A stretch of DNA of 64,000 nucleotides, taken from contig JARFYF010000029.1 in the NCBI GenBank assembly GCA_030265395.1, forward strand, positions 19,907,941 to 19,971,940, read 5' to 3'. This DNA comes from Rhina ancylostomus. Lineage: Eukaryota. A program made the position numbers and the translations under genes. How positions within the stretch are numbered: the first letter of the stretch is position 1; every line of letters starts with the position of its first letter. The notes under the pieces were generated by a model that worked only from the letters and a program-made list of their open reading frames with translations, ran no database searches and was not told the origin of the DNA. This document shows, in pieces, positions 11,684 to 25,139 of this stretch.

Positions 11684-13947
11684 GTATAATTTTGGCTCAT
11701 GCTCCTAGGCCTAAATTAAATGCTTGTTTAACCCAAGACACAATGATATTGAACTGTTTCCTTTTGGTCCTAATCGTATTTAGTCAGCTTCCTAATGGAA
11801 GCAACAAGCTAGCACGTATCGGGGAATAATAATCATGCTCAGTTCATTGGTCTGTCATTGGAACTGGAGAAATAAATTCAACTGGTGAGAAGTGGGATTG
11901 TTAAGGAAAACAGTGAGTATCAGTGGGGCCTGTGTCCATTTAAGCTGGTGGAAGTCTGCTCAGACCTTGTTATCATCATTAGAATGACCAGCGAGGGTGA
12001 ACCCTCTTGCTGCCGGGTTTAATGCTGATATGTGCTCCTCACTTCATAAGAGTAATTGACATCAATTAGAAGCATTCTACATAGGACAATACTACAGCAG
12101 AAAATGCAAGATCTTGTGGAACTTGTAATTATTATTGTGTTCCTTGATTAGCAAATGTATCTCTAGAGGCACTGATGGGCAACATGGAAAGGAAAAGAGA
12201 TGTTCTTTACTCTCATCGATGGGTGGAAGCTTTCTAGCATTGTGGTTGAATGCCCTTAGCTTTAGTACTACTGCTATTTAGCCATTGTAGGCATGAGGGG
12301 TGCAGTTATGGGTCTTGGGATCACAATTTACTACCCTCTGTCAGAACTCGTACCTCTGCAAATCCATTAGCTGTTAGTCAAAAACTGCTGCCATTTATGG
12401 AAAGAAGGTGTAATCCAAATTCTTATCCTTGAGCAGTTCAGAGTCCTGCATCATGGCCATCTACAACCACTGAAAGTCAACAGCCTCAGTTAACTACTTG
12501 GAGCTGCTGGGAGAGCATTGTGCAGGAGCATTAGTAAATGCAAAGGTGCACAAAATAACATTAATGGAAAGCTCAAGAATGATTAGTCTATGTTGCTGTA
12601 ATCAGTGTTTCTTCAGGTTCTTTAACTGCATAGAATTATAGAAGAAGTATGGAAAGTCGGTGGTGTAGGGTAATAATCTGTCATTTGAGATTCAGGAAGA
12701 ATGATGATGAGTTGCAGAGAGAGGACAAAACAGACCAGCAGTAGAAATGGACCATTCAGAGAGACCATTCATTGGAATCACAGCCAAATTAGCTGGTTAT
12801 AGGTCCCTGTAAAGGACTTGCTACTTAGTAACCAAGATTTGCACCTTGCCACAACTTCAACAGTCTCCAACAAACCTGTGTGTAATTGTGAATCACCTTA
12901 ACTAAAGTTGAGGGAATCCTTCTGCTGCTGGACAGCCAGGTTTCCTGTCCATAGTTAACACTGTGTGGATGGATGAAGACCAGCTTGGCAGGATAGATGT
13001 CAAAGCAGCATTGCACAAGGATTGGCATCAACTGCTGCCCACACTCCATACTTTCACCATGAAGGGTGTACATGTTGCACACGTAGTCATGCACTTTCTG
13101 ATTTAATGGATGATTTAAGTGTGAAAAATAAACTCTATGTGTGCTCAAAATTTTGAAGCATTTTGCTGCCCAGATCAAGGGAACAAAATAGTGATAGAAA
13201 GCCCAATTTCTTCACCTTTGGCTCTGCACATAATGCCTCCTGTAGTTTTTAGTTTGCTGTGCTACGAAAGTTACAGCAAAGCTGCACACAGGAAAATATT
13301 GACAGGAAACTTGATTTTCAACAACATATGGTAAAGTAAGTATAGCTCTCTAGCAGGCAGACAAATTACAAACTAGTTACAACATTTAATTGCTGTGGTG
13401 AGATTACGATATAGCGACATAAACATAAAAGTTCAACGCCAACCTCATTTCTAGTCAGAAATAGCAAGTAATGATGTTAATGAATTATGGAATTCTTTTG
13501 AAGTTAATGAAATATCTTTAATTGATGTTGGAGCAGGGGCATTGGTGTAGGAGCCATGGTGAGAAGGACACAAGGGATAGAAGCAAATGTAGATTGTGAA
13601 GTCCTGCAACCTAGCCTACTGCTTAGTAAGAATAGGAGCACCATCAGATCAGGACATTATTGAAACTAATCCGGCATAAAGAAAAGCATTCTCAGTCAAA
13701 CGCACATAGCAAAATCTAAAGAGATTTTCCACATTGTGAGGTTGGGAATTTTGTTTTGGCCCTTGTTATGCATTGTGGGCCAAAGGGCCTGTACTGTGCT
13801 GTAATGTTCTATGTTAATTTCATCACAGTTCACTATTGGGAAATAAGAAATTTTTAACAGCCCACACCTATGTGAATGAATTTTACCTGAGGCAAGAATT
13901 TCATGTAACATTCAAATAATGTATCATTCTTCTGATTTCCAACATAG

Positions 13948-14015
13948 ACTGGTAAAGAGTGGACAGCCCCAGGAGAATTTGGGAAATTTCAAAGTCAAAT
14001 CTCCAAGCCTGTACA
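13948..14015 (+). CDS. B4GALNT3: B4GALNT3 exon TGKEWTAPGEFGKFQSQISKPV (68 nt)
   Basis: catag acceptor, ca|gtaggt donor. Confidence 0.95.
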
Positions 14016-15554
14016 GTAGGTATTATTTTTCAAATAGTGACATCATTTCTCTTATGTAATTTCTATTTAAGATTATCTTTTTTTCCAGAGACAAGGCTGC
14101 AGTTTTATTTGAAATGTTGTCCTTTCACAGACTGCAGTTTTAAAGTGTTAGTTAACAGTTTGTCATCATTGAAATATTGATAAAAATGATTAGCTATTGC
14201 CTGCACTAGTTAACTTATAGTAATATCTTTTATAAAACTGTAAAATCCTAAAAGAACAAGTTGCAAAGATTGGTCAAACTTTGTTAAATAAAATAGAATA
14301 ATGATTGTTGTTCATGACTATTAATTCCAAATAATACTTTTAATCATCTTTACAAAAAATATTCCAAAAGAACTGTGTGTTAGCTGCATTCAAAGAATAT
14401 GGGAATTGAAACTGTGAGACAAGTTTCTCAGAGGAGTCTCCGATCACTGTTCATTGTGTTATCAAAGTTTTAAGAATGTATGCAATATTGAATGTAACAC
14501 CCTGGATGGCGGTCACTGTAGCATTTACTATGGGAACAGTGGGCACTCCCAAAACCCTACCCAACTGTGGCAGGAAAATGGTTGCTATTTTGGAAAAAAA
14601 ACCGAAGTTGCACAACAGGATTATAATCTGACCCATTTAAAGTACTTTGCAAATTGAGAAACACATTCAAGAACTGGTGAGGAGTCGGTGCATTAAGTTG
14701 GTAGCTATTACAGACACTGGATTTGTAAGGGAAAGTTGTAAATGCTGGGCATGTACTACTGGAGGAAAACTTTGTTAGTTTTCAAGTATTCAAGAATCTA
14801 AATTTTAGCTAACATTAATGTGTAGAAAAATCATCAAATCATTAGCAATATCATCATGCATTTATTTAATTGAGAACAACACTTAATTTATACTAAGCAA
14901 TCTAAACGCAGTTTTTCCCCATCCCTTTTCCTCTCCTCCTTAACAATTCTCTTCTCAGCAAATAATTCCACCCTTTCTCCTCATGATTATTCTTATCCAC
15001 ATCATCTTGCGCCCCTCTGGTTCTTCTTGGTCATGGAGTCCTCTCATAAATAGGATATGGGATGAAGAAATGAGGCAGCTGGAAATAATTTTGCTGTTTA
15101 ATGGAACTAGAAGAGAAATTGAAAAACGTTAGAGAAGATGTGAAGCAATAAAGCTTCAATAAGGAACATACAATAAATAATGAACGGAATTGGAACAAAA
15201 TGGAATGAGCTAAAAAGATGTATTATCTAACTTCTAACAGTGTATTTGTATGGATGTCAGCTGTGCCCCAATGAGGTAATGATCTTTTTGTTTTAAAGAA
15301 AATGTTGGAATTTGCACATGGCTGTTTGTGTGAAGAATATCATAGCACTCACCTCAAATTGACTCTTAGGTTGCAGTAGAGGTGAAACGAACTCCATGTT
15401 GTGCCTTACTAAAAAAAATTAGGAATCAATCACCATCTGACTTTCAAGCAATTAACGTACTATGTGCTGCTCAGAACAGATAAATGATTGAAGGTGTTTT
15501 TGTGTTTGTTTTGTGGTTATGGTGTCAATGTTCTTTTCTATTTCCTTTTTGCAG

Positions 15555-15633
15555 GTTATCATCCTCCAGGAAATACTACTTTGAGGTACTCCATAAGCAA
15601 AATAGCCAGGGAACAGATCATGTAGAAGTTGCT
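15555..15633 (+). CDS. B4GALNT3: B4GALNT3 exon [26 protein letters not shown] (79 nt)
   Basis: tttgcag acceptor, gct|gtaagt donor. Confidence 0.95.
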
Positions 15634-17554
15634 GTAAGTTTTTGTTGTTTAACCATAATCATAATGCCAGAAAAAATCTTTTGCAATAGCTTTCTTATTA
15701 TATGCATAAGTAATGCATTAAACAACTATAAAAGTATTTAATTTGAAGCTTTTTTGATCTGGTTGAGATTGTATAGTGATAAACAGTTCATGGGTCCATT
15801 CCTTATAAAGAGGATTGTAGAATCTTTCTTTCAACTCCGGTATTTTTCAGAGGCTGACCCCCAATTTATTGGTGTTCAGTAGTTCACGTGAATGGTCAAT
15901 GTATGGGTATTTATGCTGGGAGTTCATCAATTAATTGTCACTTGCTGTCTGACTATTGGGCTTTCCATTGGTATGGGTTATCCTGTTTTTGTTCTTTGAT
16001 CTGATCAGTGTTGAGAGGGAGAGGTTATCCTCTTTTTTTTCTATCTGTTAGTTTCTTGGGGTGGTGGTTCTATTTGCCATATATTTAGCTGATGATTGTG
16101 CTTTGTGTGAGTGTGTATTGAGCTGATTATAATGGGAAAGAGTTGCTGTTCTCATCAGTTCTTAAGATGGTTCATGGTTCCTTACATTTCTGCTTTTCTC
16201 ATCACCTGTTTATAGAATTGTGAGGGATACATAGTTATGGAGAAAGGCTTTCCTGAGCATTAAGACTGGTATTTTCTGCTTTGTAGCAGGTTATGGGTTG
16301 ATATTGTGCTTCCTGCATTACATTTATTCAGAATCCCACAGCAGTCACACGTTAAAATTGTCATCCCACTCTTCAAATGCATTAATGGCCTTTTCTGTCT
16401 TTAATCTCCTTACAACCTCCAAGATCTCATCTTTCCTCATTTTTAGCCTCTTGCAGATTGCTGTTTGTATTCCCTCCATCATCTGGGCTTTCAATTGCTT
16501 GGATTCAGGAATTCTCTCCTTAAACCTCTCTGCTTCTGCCCCTCCCTATGAACGTACAAAGTACAAGCAGAAGAAGGAGGAGGCCACTCACTGATCCAAA
16601 CCTGCTCTGACATTGAATAAAATTACTGTTTTATGATGCTCTTTAAAAATCCACAACTTTGGCTAAGGCTTTGGTCTTTTATCCTAATACCTTGATGTTT
16701 TAGTATGGCTTGGTGTCAAAGTTTAAGTATAATTATGAAGCATCCTGGAACCTTTTGCTATATTAAGGATATAATTAAATTGCCAGTGGTTGTATTTTAA
16801 AGTTTGAGATTTTTGAGCTACAGGATATGTCATCAGTGATCTATATCCTGGTTTCTGAGAATACTTGATATCGTCAAAAGCTTTAGCTTATGCCAGGGAT
16901 TTGATGGTGAACTTTTCAAACTTTTGGATGTGTTGGCTCTGCAAGTATTTTATCCCTTGTCCTGGCACAGAGACAATATTATCTCTAATCTAGCACCTAA
17001 GAACTTGGATAGCAAAAGTGTTAGAACAGTATAGATATTTGTCCCTTTTGGCCAATTAATAGAATGTTCTTATGCGAGTTATCCCCTTTGTTTAAGCCTG
17101 GGATATCTTTAGAAGCAGGAGGAGATTATTTGTCTCTATTACCTGCTCTACTGTTCAATTAAGGCCATTGGAAACATCAATTCCATATCCCCCTATTAAG
17201 CTCCTTATGAATCTTGTATTTTTAAGTGAGTTCGTATCTTGTGAGTGCAGGTTTAGTCTGCTCGACCTGTCCTTGTATGACAAAGCCACCGTCCCAGAGA
17301 TCAATCTGCTGAAAGATCAAAGGTCTCATGAAAATAGCAGTTTTAACAAATCCCAAAGTTCTGGATTATATTGCAGTACTTTAACTTAAGATCCATAATT
17401 TTGCAGACCCTTTCAATCTTTCTCTGCTAAGGCAGGCAAATTAGGGGGGGATTGATTGGCAGTTTTGCTTCTGAGTTTGCACTGTGCGTCACTATGCAAA
17501 ATTCAGTATGGTTGAAAATATTCATTTATTTTTCTGACCTGGCATGGAGTCCCT

Positions 17555-17700
17555 GTGTTTTCTGTGGGTACCCTATTGTAGGCAGTGAGTGTGTCTGTGG
17601 GTACCCTATTGTAGGCAGTGAGTGTTTTCTGTGGGTACCCTATTGTAGGCAGTGAGTGTTTCTGTGGGTACCCTATTACAGGCAGTGAGTGTTTTCTGTG
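17555..17700. repeat. Minisatellite, 33-34 bp unit gtgttttctgtgggtaccctattgtaggcagtga, about 4.3 copies
   Basis: Head-to-tail units seen directly; no unique spacers. Confidence 0.95.
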
Positions 17701-18320
17701 ATGACGATAGAGTGGGACAGGGAATTCAACGTCTGGTTCCCTCATTATCTTCATTCAGAATTTGTTTGAACTGTAGAGATAATCCCCAAGGATAGAGTTG
17801 GGATTTGTGCTGCCTTGATTCAGAGCAGGCATCAGACAGTCTGACTTTGTTGAGCATCTTGGGACTTGTACTTGTCCCACATAGGCAAGCTCTTATGCTG
17901 GAGCTTTTCATCATGTCTGAAGAAAGTCACTGCATTCATTGCGAACAACAATCACTGTTTGTTTAGTTCGGGTGTATCTCAAATGTTGAAAGGTCATCTG
18001 AATACCAGTGAAGCAGCCATTTGTGCACATGGTTCATTTGAATAGGGATTCCCTGGATTTTCAGACCAGTGTCTTTCAGCACTGAGGCTTACCCCTTAAG
18101 TCCGAGACATCAAGTGCTCTTGCCCATGCTGACACCACAGGAATGATATTGACAATAAAAACAGAAAATGCCAGAAACATTTGGCATGCCAGGCAGCATC
18201 TGTGGAAAAATAAGCAGAGTTAATGTTTCTTGGAACGTACCCTTGGATATTGCCAGAGAAATAAAAAGCCAAAGTTGCATTTGTTACTGATGTAATCATC
18301 ACTCTTTTTCTCTCCCTCAG

Positions 18321-18387
18321 TGGCGACTCCACAATACTGGCCTTAAATTCAACATTGTTGATTCTCAGTATATTTCACTTTATATCA
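18321..18387 (+). CDS. B4GALNT3: B4GALNT3 exon WRLHNTGLKFNIVDSQYISLYI (67 nt)
   Basis: ccctcag acceptor, a|gtaagt donor. Confidence 0.93.
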
Positions 18388-18996
18388 GTAAGTTATGCAC
18401 CTTATTTATATTCGCTATATTTTAGTATTATTATAAATTGGAACTACTAAACAGTGCTAGGAATGATAAAAATAAAAGCAAATGACATATAAATGACAGT
18501 ACCTCACAGTATGTCCTATGTCTGTAGAAACAATTTGTAATTGTTTTTGCACACCTCCGAACAACCAGCCATTAAACTCCACTTCTGAAATTCGGCTCCA
18601 TTGAAATTACCCAAACAACAAAGATGAATTCCTACCCTGTGATAGTTTTTTAGTTTTATACAAAAAGTAGGGGTTTAAAGTACAAATATGAATTGAAACA
18701 TATTATTGTATTGAAGCTTTTTGATTTGTTTTTAGAGTGCATGGATTGTGTTTCCTTATTTTAATGTTCACTCTTGATGTTAAACTGCCCTATCTTGCCT
18801 TTACAGCATTAAAATTATTAGGAAATATAGTTTAATTTGAACAAATAGTTACGTTTAAGTTACTGCTATTAGTGCACTATTTAGTCCATTTCTAATAAAA
18901 AGAAAACTATGTAGGGTTATCTCATCCATTTCTAATATTTAAATAGGAATTGTTCTGCACAGCTTTTAAAATAAAATGCTTCTCTTTCCATTTCAG

Positions 18997-19140
18997 ATGA
19001 GTCGTTAATAAAACTGAATCAAGTACAACACATTCCACAGTCTGCAGCAAGCTACAAAAAGAATTACCGTTACTTGCGTTCACAAAACGAGCATCCAGCA
19101 GAAATGCTGAAGCATGACCCTCGTGACAGTTTTTTTCATT
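18997..19140 (+). CDS. B4GALNT3: B4GALNT3 exon ESLIKLNQVQHIPQSAAS...HPAEMLKHDPRDSFFH (144 nt)
   Basis: tttcag acceptor, t|gtaagg donor; HIPQSAAS and DPRD motifs. Confidence 0.94.
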
Positions 19141-19824
19141 GTAAGGCTACTCCGCAAGTATTGCTGCTAAGACAGACACATACCTGCATGAATAAACAAT
19201 GCATTTGATGTTGTCATGAAAAAAATGAAGTCTGGTTGGAACCATTGAGATGTTTTTTTATTAGTAGGCTGTCAAAATGATGGCGGTATTTAGGCGTGCG
19301 CTGTAAAGGAGGCTTACACCCTTCATAATCTTTGCAATTTCCCCAATCATTGAGGGCTTTCACTATTTTATACAAGAGTAAAGGTTCACTAATATTTCAG
19401 TTGTCTTAATAAGCTAACCTAGCTGAAGTCCAGCATGTTAGTACCAATCAAAATGGTAGTATTTCTCATAAAGGCATAGTCATTTTATCTATCGCAATAC
19501 ATCTTGAAATTTGTATATAGTCACTTCCTATCATTCAACCATAATACTATGCCAGTTTTAATTAGGGCTGTGGCTGTGTCAGTTGCAGCAGGTCAGATCT
19601 CTCTATACGTTCCTTCAGTGGGGCATCTCACATTTAGAAAAGTTGTAATCAATGTGGAACGTGGATAAAGGCTTTCATAGGCTAAAGCAATAAAGTGCAC
19701 TGCCATTGTGAAAAGTGTTGTAACAAGCCATTGTAGTTGGCAAGGAAATAAAGATGTGCCTTTGTTGTTGTGGTGGTAGTGTGCCCTCGTGTTGAAATAA
19801 GATGATTCAATTAGTGCAATTCTT

Positions 19825-20005
19825 CGATCAGACTGATTTATTATACACCTATGGCTTCAATACTTAGTAATAATCAAAGATCCCCTTTGTTTAGGCTTTT
19901 TTGAGGTACTAGATAGGGTTGCCCTTTAAATCCTTTATTATTTGATATTGCTTTGGAACCCTTGGCTATTGTACTCTGGGATTCTTCAACCATATGTGGT
20001 ATTAC
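19825..20005 (+). mobile_element. Internal L1-clade reverse transcriptase fragment flanked by an 18-bp direct repeat
   Basis: Reads LIYYTPMASILSNNQRSPLFRLF*GTR*GCPLNPLLFDIALEPLAI (GTRQGCPLSP motif); tcaattagtgcaattctt at 19807-19824 and 20006-20023. Confidence 0.85.
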
Positions 20006-21399
20006 TCAATTAGTGCAATTCTTGATTAATTGCACGTTTGCAGCCAGATGATGACATGTTTACAGTGCATTTTTTGTGTCCCTCCATAGCTTGGATGGGA
20101 CAGTTTAGTTTCATTTTTCTCTTCTACTTCTAAGGAATACAATTCCAAGGACATTTGTTGTCCAAGTTATCTTGATCAAGTGGCATTTATTCCTTCCTGA
20201 ATTTGGTCATTAAGACCAGAAGATTGTTCACCGATAAGGTACATCGCACCTTTTTCCAATCCAGTCCTTGTCGGATGCTCACATGTGTATGATTTCCAAC
20301 AAATATAATTAAATTGTGATGTGGAGTGCAAAAAGATCCACTTTACACTTGCGCCTGTACCAAACATGAAAGTGGAATCAAGATTTTGTGTCATGTGATT
20401 ACACTTGCAATCTGTAAATTTAAATTCATCTCTCCAGTAAAAATAAGCATAATTTCTGCATAATTAGGCTCCAGTGACAGAAACAGGTCATTCCAGTTTT
20501 TTTATACACCAAACAAGTCATCAACATCTTCAGAAACATGTTAAAGGATGCTTATATAAGCAGAGACAAACCTCCACATAAATACGTGGAAGTATCTGCT
20601 TTGATCAAATGGTCGATTTGTACGCTCACTAAATAGCTTAGTTCATGTGGTGCTAAAATATGCCTAAATTGGGGGTTGTTCATGTTAAATGCAAATTAAC
20701 TTGTTTTTGTGATTTCTCATTTTAAAATGATGGCCTTTTATAAACATTTTAATCATCTAATGTTGATATTATGTTTTCTAAATTATTCATTATGGCTAAA
20801 ACTGGTTAAGGCAAACCCACTTGTCATAGAGTTATGCTGCACAGTACTGGGCTCTTTGACCCAGCACATCCATGCTGACATTTTTGCCCTTCTACACTGA
20901 TCCTATAGGCCAGATTAAGTCTGTATTCTTTCATGCCTCGTCTTTTTAAGTGCCTTTCTAATTGCCTACCTGTATTTCATATTCTCACCAAAAAAAAATC
21001 ACCTATTGGAAAACATTGGTCTTTGTGATATTTGTGCTTGAGTGAGATTGATGCCATTACCAAACTGCAACTTATTAATTACCCGGTTGTCTTAAATTAT
21101 TGCATATGTATTATAAACTACAAATGAATTCCACTGGAGTTTAAAGCATAGTTAGACTGTGTTCCATTAACTCTTTTCTAAATGGTTTAAATTTTTAATC
21201 TTTGTCAAAGCCCTTATGTGCTACAATTAAGTATATGGATTTCTATTATTAAGAGAAGAAATGAACATTTGGTTAAATTCAGTTAAGATTTTATCAAGAC
21301 TTGCACATGAATAAGATCATAATTCTTATTTTGGCAGGGAATAGCATGGCCTTGTTGTATAACATCTCTCTCACCAGTTTTTATTAATTCCTTTTTCAG

Positions 21400-21509
21400 T
21401 ACCTCTAATTGCTGAATCCCATGTGCACCGTGTGCTGCCTGACTGTGCCTACAGACCCAGCTATGTAATTAAGGGGTTCCCTTTGCTCCGTTACCAAGGA
21501 TTACAGTTT
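21400..21509 (+). CDS. B4GALNT3: B4GALNT3 exon PLIAESHVHRVLPDCAYRPSYVIKGFPLLRYQGLQF (110 nt)
   Basis: ttttcag acceptor, ttt|gtaagc donor. Confidence 0.95.
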
Positions 21510-21989
21510 GTAAGCATCTTTTTTTCTGTTTACGTGGGCAGAATTAAGGAAGATGTATTATGCCAGTGATGTTAACAATTTAATTTGTGTGTGTTTTTCC
21601 TATCAGATGTGATCAGCTTCACATAATATTAATTCAAATTTAATTTGTTCTTAACGGCTGTGCTGCTTATAATGCAGTTCAATTCTAAACCAGTTTTGCT
21701 AATCATGCTCTTACCAAAACTGACCTAATGGATGTGTGAGGGATTACTGAAGGCAAAACAGTATATTTGGATTAGACTTATTATCTGGTTCCATATCCAA
21801 TTACTTCTGACCTAATTTCAAGGTAGAACAGCTTGCTAGTTGAAATCAAAAAGCACTGCACCATAATAGTTTCAATAAGAATTTAAAAAAATATAATTTT
21901 ACATACATTAAACATGGAAACCGACATCCTGAAGTCAATCTCATTTCATACATTTATTTGTGCCAATATCTGCATAACTGTCAAATGTA

Positions 21990-22250
21990 AGAACAAATGC
22001 ATAAAAATAGGATCCGGTATGGGCTGTGTGGCCCTTTGTGCCTGCTCCACTATTCATCAAGATCATGGCTGATCCCCTACCTCAGCACTGGTTTCTTGCC
22101 CAACCCCCATATCCCTCAATTCCCTTAATGTTTGAAATCTCTCAATCTCTGTTTTGAATGACCTCATTGTCTGAGCTTCTACAGCCCTTCAGGGTAGAAT
22201 TGAATTCCAAAAATTCACCATTTGAATGAAGGAACTTCTCATCTCAGGCC
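21990..22250 (-). mobile_element. CR1 3' tail fragment
   Basis: ggccctttgtgcctgctccactattcatcaagatcatggctgatc...tccctcaattccctta; same family as 27405-27705. Confidence 0.65.
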
Positions 22251-23059
22251 TGTGGATCTTTTTGCATGATTAACTGATGCCTCTTTTTTTGACATTATAG
22301 AATATGGAATTCAATGGTAAAGTCAACATTTATAGTCTATCACTAATTTTCCTTGAGAAGTTTGTTGGGAGTTGTCTTTCTGAGCTACTGCAAACCAGGT
22401 AGTGAAGTTCGTCCCACAGTGTTATTAACGTGGAGTATCAGGATATTATGGTGGTTATGAAGTTGTGACCATATATTTCCATGTCAGGATGGTGTGCCAC
22501 TTGCAAGGGTTCTTCGAGGCAGTCGAGTTCCCATTTGGTAATCCACTTACTAGATAGTGAAAATTGTGAGTTTGAGAGGGGATGTTAAGAAGCTGTGATA
22601 ATTTGAAAGGAATACAATCAGCATGCCTCCTTGTTGCTAGCTATTTGCTCGTTATTTGTTGCCTACTATGTGATGTCCACCAGCACCAACCAAGCTGTAG
22701 TTTAGCTGAAAACATCATCAGAGACCCAATAGCAGTAGTTAAAACCAGAAAACTTCTTAAAGAAGAGAAGAATTGTGACTGAAGCTGCTTGCAGCAAGTA
22801 TCCTGCTGCTAAGCTGAGCTAGGAAACAATGAAGAATAGCATAACACAGCAGAAAGAGGCTTCCATGAATTTAAGGCACAACCACTAAAAGCCTTGGTAG
22901 AAAGATGGAACATTGGATGAAGGCGCTGTATCTGTTAGGAGCCTTCTTGAATCACACATAAAAGGCCATCAAAGCAGATTGCTCAGGGGAATATGGGAGC
23001 AATACAATCCCAAGAATCTTGGTACTGAGCTACAAGGTGATCAAAGACTTCACACAAAT

Positions 23060-23355
23060 GGAGATCTGCGAATCCATAACCTGATGGCATAGATTTAAGA
23101 AAAGGAGCAAGAGTTTTGGTGGGGATATATAAAGAAGAATTTTTTCATTCAGGATGGTTGGAATTTGAAATGGCACTGCCTGAGAGTGGTGGAGGCAGGG
23201 ACTTTCTGAGCATTTCACAAGCACCTGAATCACCAAGCTATAGAAGGCTGCGGATCAAGTGCTGGAAAATGGGATTAGTATAAATGGGTACCCGATGGTT
23301 GGCATGGACAGAGTGGCTGAAGACCCTGGTTCTGTGCTGTATGATTCCATGACTA
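23060..23355 (+). mobile_element. CR1 3' end fragment
   Basis: ttttcattcaggatggttggaatttgaaatggcactgcctgagagtggtggaggcaggg...tctgtgctgtatgattccatgact. Confidence 0.65.
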
Positions 23356-23899
23356 AGCCTTACACTCATATTGCATTGCATACACTTGCTACCATCTATT
23401 CAGTCCTGACAGGTACATCACTAAAACAGATTGCACTTCACTCACAAGATTAAATTGTGTTCTCCCGCAATATTAGCTTGGAGAGGGGGTACAACCTGAT
23501 GTGGTGGGAGCTAACAGCATGGAAGTGGTCCACCCACATGTGCTAACATCAATCAAAAAGATTATGCTGGTCATTATTAGGAATTGTATTACTAAGGCTG
23601 TGGACAGTGGCAGGGCTGAAACCAGCAACAATAATATCCTCATGTTTAATCCTCCTCCTCGTACATCCAACTCCCCTTTCGCCTACTCAATTTTCTGATT
23701 TTTTTTTTTGTTTCTTCTTNNNNNNNNNNNNNNNNNNNNNNNNNNNNNNNNNNNNNNNNNNNNNNNNNNNNNNNNNNNNNNNNNNNNNNAGAAAAACTAG
23801 AGTGACGAGGACACACTGTCATTTGATTTCACGCCCTCGACCACCATCTAGGATACTGTGCTATTTAGCAGAAAGCATTTCACTGGGATCTGCATGAGT

Positions 23900-24560
23900 G
23901 ACCTGTAGCAGAGTAGATGGCAAAGGTAGTGCAGATACCAGCTTGCCAGAGTGGCAGGGTCACATGTCAGTTCTGCTCCTGAATCCTTTGATATGCACTT
24001 TGGGGAGTTTTCTGAAAAAGAAGGATAGCTAGGTAGGCACAATAGAATGCTTGATGCATCGGAAATCCTGCCAGAAAGTCTGTGTTCCCTGTCAAAGAGC
24101 ATGAAGGAGATTAGCACCACCTTGCACAGGGTTTTGCATTGAGCTTGGACCCTTATCCTTTCTAGAAATGTGGCCAATGTTGTGAGCATGCTTATGGATT
24201 TAATCATAACATGGCATCTAATGACTGATATCAAAGTTTCCATTGCAACACAGTCTCAGTGCCACAGTTGCAGTTACGCAATGTCAGACTGCTGCAATCA
24301 AGACTTTATCACAATGTGCAAAGGTTGTATTTGTAGTCCAGCTTTCTCCCCCACAACATGTTACCCAGATTGCTGAGTTGCTGCCCTCTCTTGGGAAAAC
24401 TGTTTTGTTCCTCTCCTCTGCTCTTCCAATGTCCTTCCTGTCAATGTTGCCATCCCAGATTAATGTTATCCACATTAAAGTAGTGCAGTCCAAATTAGGC
24501 CTTTTGTATTCCAAGCTCCTTGATGTTGCCTCTAAGTCCTTGTGCTGCCTGCTGCATTGA
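23900..24560 (+). mobile_element. PIF/Harbinger fossil: C-terminal part of the accessory gene
   Basis: Reads HNRMLDASEILPESLCSLSKSMKE and VSIATQ..QTAAI..QIAE; gtcaaagagcatgaaggag resembles ggcaaggagcatgtaggag on the minus strand near 56800. Confidence 0.45.
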
Positions 24561-25139
24561 AAAGTCAGCACCCTTCACCACCCACACTGTAGAGAATGGG
24601 GTACCTGTTTGCTGGATTAAAGGCTATGCCTAAAACATTGCACAACGTGCAGCCCCAGTGATTCTTGCCACCTGCCTTTGAATACTGTAGGCTTCTGCTG
24701 GAGAAGTCCAGCTAGCACAAGCAGTGTCTCTGCACTTCTGTCACAGTTAGTGTGTTACTACGTCTTTTATTGTTCACCAGTGCAAGCAGATGCCCATTTT
24801 ACCAAGTATCCTACCTTTGATTTTCTCTGGTGATTCGTATGCAGTTGGCACATTGGATTGTCAAAGAGACACAATGTTGAACTGTCTGACAACAGCATAT
24901 CTTACAACAGCATGGAGGTTGGCACACTGAAGCTAGGATTTAATTTCCATGAGAGCTGAGTAGTAGCAGTCGCTATGACCAATACTGCCGTGGATGCACT
25001 TGTAACAGCTGGATTGGCGAGGATGAAACTGAGTAGCTTTTTCTCAGCTTTAGTGGTTTTCTGAACAACTTTTGCAAGTCATTCTGACTACTATTTCAGT
25101 CCTGGTCAACACTCCAATGGACTACTAAGAGAATTTTTC

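Noticed and set aside
17555-17700. CRISPR-like array of 33-34 bp palindromic repeats
   Set aside because: Units are head-to-tail with no unique spacers, there are no cas genes, and the context is a vertebrate intron
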